From the IMG/VR virus record IMGVR_UViG_2541047699_000003: 8,542 nucleotides of DNA; one strand, written 5' to 3'. Shown here piece by piece: positions 5,667-8,542 of the stretch. Position 1 is the first letter of the stretch, and each line of letters opens with the position of its first letter. The position numbers were made by a program, and so were the translations under genes. Below the pieces are notes generated by a model, which worked only from the letters and a program-made list of their open reading frames with translations, made no database searches and was not told the origin of the DNA. This stretch comes from a virus (lineage: Duplodnaviria > Heunggongvirae > Uroviricota > Caudoviricetes).

Positions 5667-8106
5667 CAATGTAAAATTACAGGTATTGCTCAGGGCTGTT
5701 GACCAGGCATCCCGCCCGTTTAAATCCATCCGCACAGCGAGTAAGTCGCTGTCGGGGGATATCCGGGAAACACAAAAATCACTGCGCGAGCTGAACGGTC
5801 ACGCATCCCGTATTGAGGGATTCCGCAAGACCAGTGCACAGCTCGCCGTGACTGGTCATGCACTTGAAAAGGCACGGCAGGAGGCCGAAGCCCTTGCCAC
5901 ACAGTTTAAAAACACCGAACGTCCGACCCGTGCTCAGGCGAAAGTGCTGGAATCCGCAAAGCGTGCGGCGGAGGACTTACAGGCGAAATATAACCGCCTG
6001 ACGGATTCCGTTAAGCGCCAGCAGCGGGAACTGGCCGCTGTGGGAATTAATACCCGCAATCTTGCACATGATGAGCAGGGACTGAAAAACCGTATCAGTG
6101 AAACCACCGCACAGCTTAACCGGCAGCGTGACGCGCTGGCGCGTGTCAGTGCGCAACAGGCAAAACTTAATGCAGTAAAACAGCGTTATCAGGCCGGAAA
6201 GGAACTGGCCGGAAATATGGCCTCAGTGGGCGCTGCCGGTGTGGGGATTGCGGCGGCGGGAACGATGGCCGGAGTTAAGTTGCTGATGCCCGGTTATGAG
6301 TTTGCGCAGAAAAACTCAGAATTGCAGGCCGTGCTGGGTGTGGCAAAAGACTCCGCCGAAATGACCGCACTACGCAAACAGGCGCGCCAGCTCGGCGACA
6401 ATACCGCCGCCTCGGCGGATGATGCGGCCGGTGCACAGATAATCATCGCGAAAGCGGGTGGGGATGTTGATGCCATTCAGGCGGCAACGCCGGTCACGCT
6501 GAATATGGCGCTGGCGAACCGCCGCACGATGGAAGAAAACGCCGCCCTGCTGATGGGGATGAAATCCGCCTTTCAGCTTTCAAACGATAAGGTCGCTCAT
6601 ATCGGGGATGTTCTCTCCATGACGATGAACAAAACCGCCGCCGATTTTGACGGCATGAGCGATGCGCTGACCTATGCCGCACCTGTGGCAAAAAATGCCG
6701 GTGTCAGCATTGAAGAAACCGCCGCAATGGTCGGGGCGCTGCATGATGCAAAAATCACAGGCTCAATGGCGGGGACGGGAAGCCGTGCCGTGTTAAGCCG
6801 CCTGCAGGCACCGACGGGAAAAGCATGGGATGCACTCAAAGAGCTTGGAGTGAAAACCTCAGACAGCAAGGGAAACACCCGGCCAATATTTACCATTCTG
6901 AAAGAAATGCAGGCCAGTTTTGAGAAAAACCGGCTCGGTACTGCCCAGCAGGCTGAATACATGAAAACCATTTTCGGGGAGGAGGCCAGCTCAGCCGCCG
7001 CCGTGCTGATGACTGCCGCCTCAACCGGAAAGCTGGACAAACTGACCGCTGCGTTTAAAGCCTCGGACGGGAAGACCTCAGAGCTGGTAAATATTATGCA
7101 GGACAATCTCGGCGGTGACTTTAAGGAGTTTCAGTCCGCTTATGAGGCGGTGGGGACTGACCTGTTTGACCAGCAGGAAGGCGCACTGCGTAAGCTCACG
7201 CAGACGGCCACAAAGTATGTGTTAAAACTCGACGGCTGGATACAGAAAAACAAATCACTGGCGTCAACCATCGGCATCATTGCCGGCGGTGCACTGGTGC
7301 TGACTGGCATCATCGGTGCCATTGGCCTTGTAGCTTGGCCGGTTATCACCGGCATCAATGCCATTATCGCGGCAGCAGGCGCAATGGGGGCAATCTTCAC
7401 GACGGTTGGTAGTGCCGTTATGACGGCCATCGGTGCGATTAGCTGGCCGGTTGTGGCCGTGGTGGCCGCTATTGTCGCCGGGGCGTTACTTATCCGTAAA
7501 TACTGGGAGCCTGTCAGCGCATTCTTTGGCGGTGTGGTGGAAGGGCTGAAAGCGGCATTTGCGCCGGTGGGGGAACTGTTCACGCCACTTAAGCCGCTGT
7601 TTGACTGGCTGGGTGAAAAGTTACAGGCCGCGTGGCAGTGGTTTAAAAACCTGATTGCCCCGGTTAAAGCCACCCAGGACACACTGAACCGTTGCCGTGA
7701 CACGGGCGTCATGTTCGGGCAGGCACTGGCTGACGCGCTGATGCTGCCGCTTAATGCGTTCAAAAAACTGCGCAGTGGTATTGACTGGGTACTGGAAAAA
7801 CTCGGTGTTATCAACAAAGAGTCAGACACACTTGACCAGACCGCCGCCAGAACTCAAGCTGCCACGTATGGCAGCGGTGGTTATATTCCGGCGACCAGCT
7901 CTTATGCAGGTTATCAGGCTTATCAGCCGGTCACGGCACCGGCTGGCCGCTCTTATGTGGACCAGAGTAAAAACGAATATCACATCAGCCTGACGGGTGG
8001 TACTGCGCCGGGGACACAGCTCGACCGCCAGTTACAGGATGCGCTCGAAAAATACGAGCGGGATAAACGTGCGCGCGCCCGTGCCAGCATGATGCATGAC
8101 GGTTAA
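5659..8106 (+). CDS. T: Tail tape measure protein (P2 gpT-like)
   Basis: 815 aa. N-terminal half is helical and rich in Q/R/A/K/E; then a long Gly/Ala/Ile-rich hydrophobic block (IGIIAGGALVLTGIIGAIGLVAWPVITGINAIIAAAGAMGAIFTTVGSAVMTAIGAISWPVVAVVAAIVAGALLI, ~nt 7260-7500). Located after E/E'. Start overlaps the E' stop. Confidence 0.93.
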   Translation: MSNNVKLQVLLRAVDQASRPFKSIRTASKSLSGDIRETQKSLRELNGHASRIEGFRKTSAQLAVTGHALEKARQEAEALATQFKNTERPTRAQAKVLESAKRAAEDLQAKYNRLTDSVKRQQRELAAVGINTRNLAHDEQGLKNRISETTAQLNRQRDALARVSAQQAKLNAVKQRYQAGKELAGNMASVGAAGVGIAAAGTMAGVKLLMPGYEFAQKNSELQAVLGVAKDSAEMTALRKQARQLGDNTAASADDAAGAQIIIAKAGGDVDAIQAATPVTLNMALANRRTMEENAALLMGMKSAFQLSNDKVAHIGDVLSMTMNKTAADFDGMSDALTYAAPVAKNAGVSIEETAAMVGALHDAKITGSMAGTGSRAVLSRLQAPTGKAWDALKELGVKTSDSKGNTRPIFTILKEMQASFEKNRLGTAQQAEYMKTIFGEEASSAAAVLMTAASTGKLDKLTAAFKASDGKTSELVNIMQDNLGGDFKEFQSAYEAVGTDLFDQQEGALRKLTQTATKYVLKLDGWIQKNKSLASTIGIIAGGALVLTGIIGAIGLVAWPVITGINAIIAAAGAMGAIFTTVGSAVMTAIGAISWPVVAVVAAIVAGALLIRKYWEPVSAFFGGVVEGLKAAFAPVGELFTPLKPLFDWLGEKLQAAWQWFKNLIAPVKATQDTLNRCRDTGVMFGQALADALMLPLNAFKKLRSGIDWVLEKLGVINKESDTLDQTAARTQAATYGSGGYIPATSSYAGYQAYQPVTAPAGRSYVDQSKNEYHISLTGGTAPGTQLDRQLQDALEKYERDKRARARASMMHDG

Positions 8107-8120
8107 GGAGGTGACGAAAA

Positions 8121-8542
8121 ATGATGCTCGCGTTAGGTATGTTTGTTTTTATGCGCCAGACGCTGCCACACCAGACCATGCAGCGTGAATCAGATTATCG
8201 CTGGCCGTCAAATTCCCGTATCGGTAAACGGGACGCTTTTCAGTTTCTCGGTGTGGGTGAGGAAAACATCACGCTTGCCGGTGTGCTTTATCCCGAACTG
8301 ACCGGCGGAAAGCTGACGATGACCACGCTCAGACTGATGGCAGAGGAAGGGCGGGCGTGGCCGTTGCTGGATGGCACCGGCATGATTTACGGCATGTATG
8401 TCATCAGCAGGGTGAGTGAAACAGGGGGGATTTTCTTTGCAGACGGCACACCCCGGAAAATTGATTTTACGCTGTCGCTCACCCGCGTTGATGAATCACT
8501 GGCCGCGCTTTATGGCGATATCGGTAAACAGGCGGAATCGCT
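8121..8542 (+). CDS. U: Tail protein gpU-like, N-terminal 140 codons (3' end beyond the window)
   Basis: AAGGAGG RBS at 8105-8111, ATG at 8121. MMLALGMFVFMRQTLPHQTMQRESDYRWPSNSRIGKRDAFQFLGVGEENITLAGVLYPELTGG... matches my memory of P2 gpU. Open to the window end. Confidence 0.88.
   Translation, partial: MMLALGMFVFMRQTLPHQTMQRESDYRWPSNSRIGKRDAFQFLGVGEENITLAGVLYPELTGGKLTMTTLRLMAEEGRAWPLLDGTGMIYGMYVISRVSETGGIFFADGTPRKIDFTLSLTRVDESLAALYGDIGKQAES

Noticed and set aside
6294-7829. Several minus-strand ORFs (60-229 aa) inside the tape measure gene
   Set aside because: Antisense to the 815-aa T gene; Ala/Ser/Pro-rich translations reflect mirror-image codon bias of the Ala/Gly-rich tape measure, not genes.
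1-8542. CRISPR arrays, IS elements, tandem repeats
   Set aside because: No regularly spaced direct repeats, no transposase-like ORF and no terminal inverted repeats of IS type were seen.

Overview
The window reads as the tail-morphogenesis block of a P2-like (Peduovirus-type) phage or prophage from an enterobacterium. All structural genes are on the + strand in the order: tail fibre (H-like, 5'-truncated by the window edge), tail fibre assembly chaperone (G-like), tail sheath (FI), tail tube (FII), the E / E+E' chaperone pair made by a -1 programmed frameshift, tape measure (T, 815 aa) and the start of U. Between G and FI sits a ~1.35 kb AT-rich island (about 2000-3340) carrying a single minus-strand gene (2194-2949, 251 aa) with an N-terminal transmembrane anchor, a charged helical middle and no catalytic motif I can recognise. 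This is the position where P2 carries its Z/fun lysogenic-conversion gene, a known hotspot for anti-phage cargo, so this gene is the best candidate for an undescribed defence or abortive-infection function. It is flanked by hairpins and followed by a ~500 bp non-coding region that ends in a + strand intrinsic terminator just before the FI late promoter. All family assignments rest on reading the translations and on remembered P2 gene order, protein lengths and N-terminal sequences; no database search was run.
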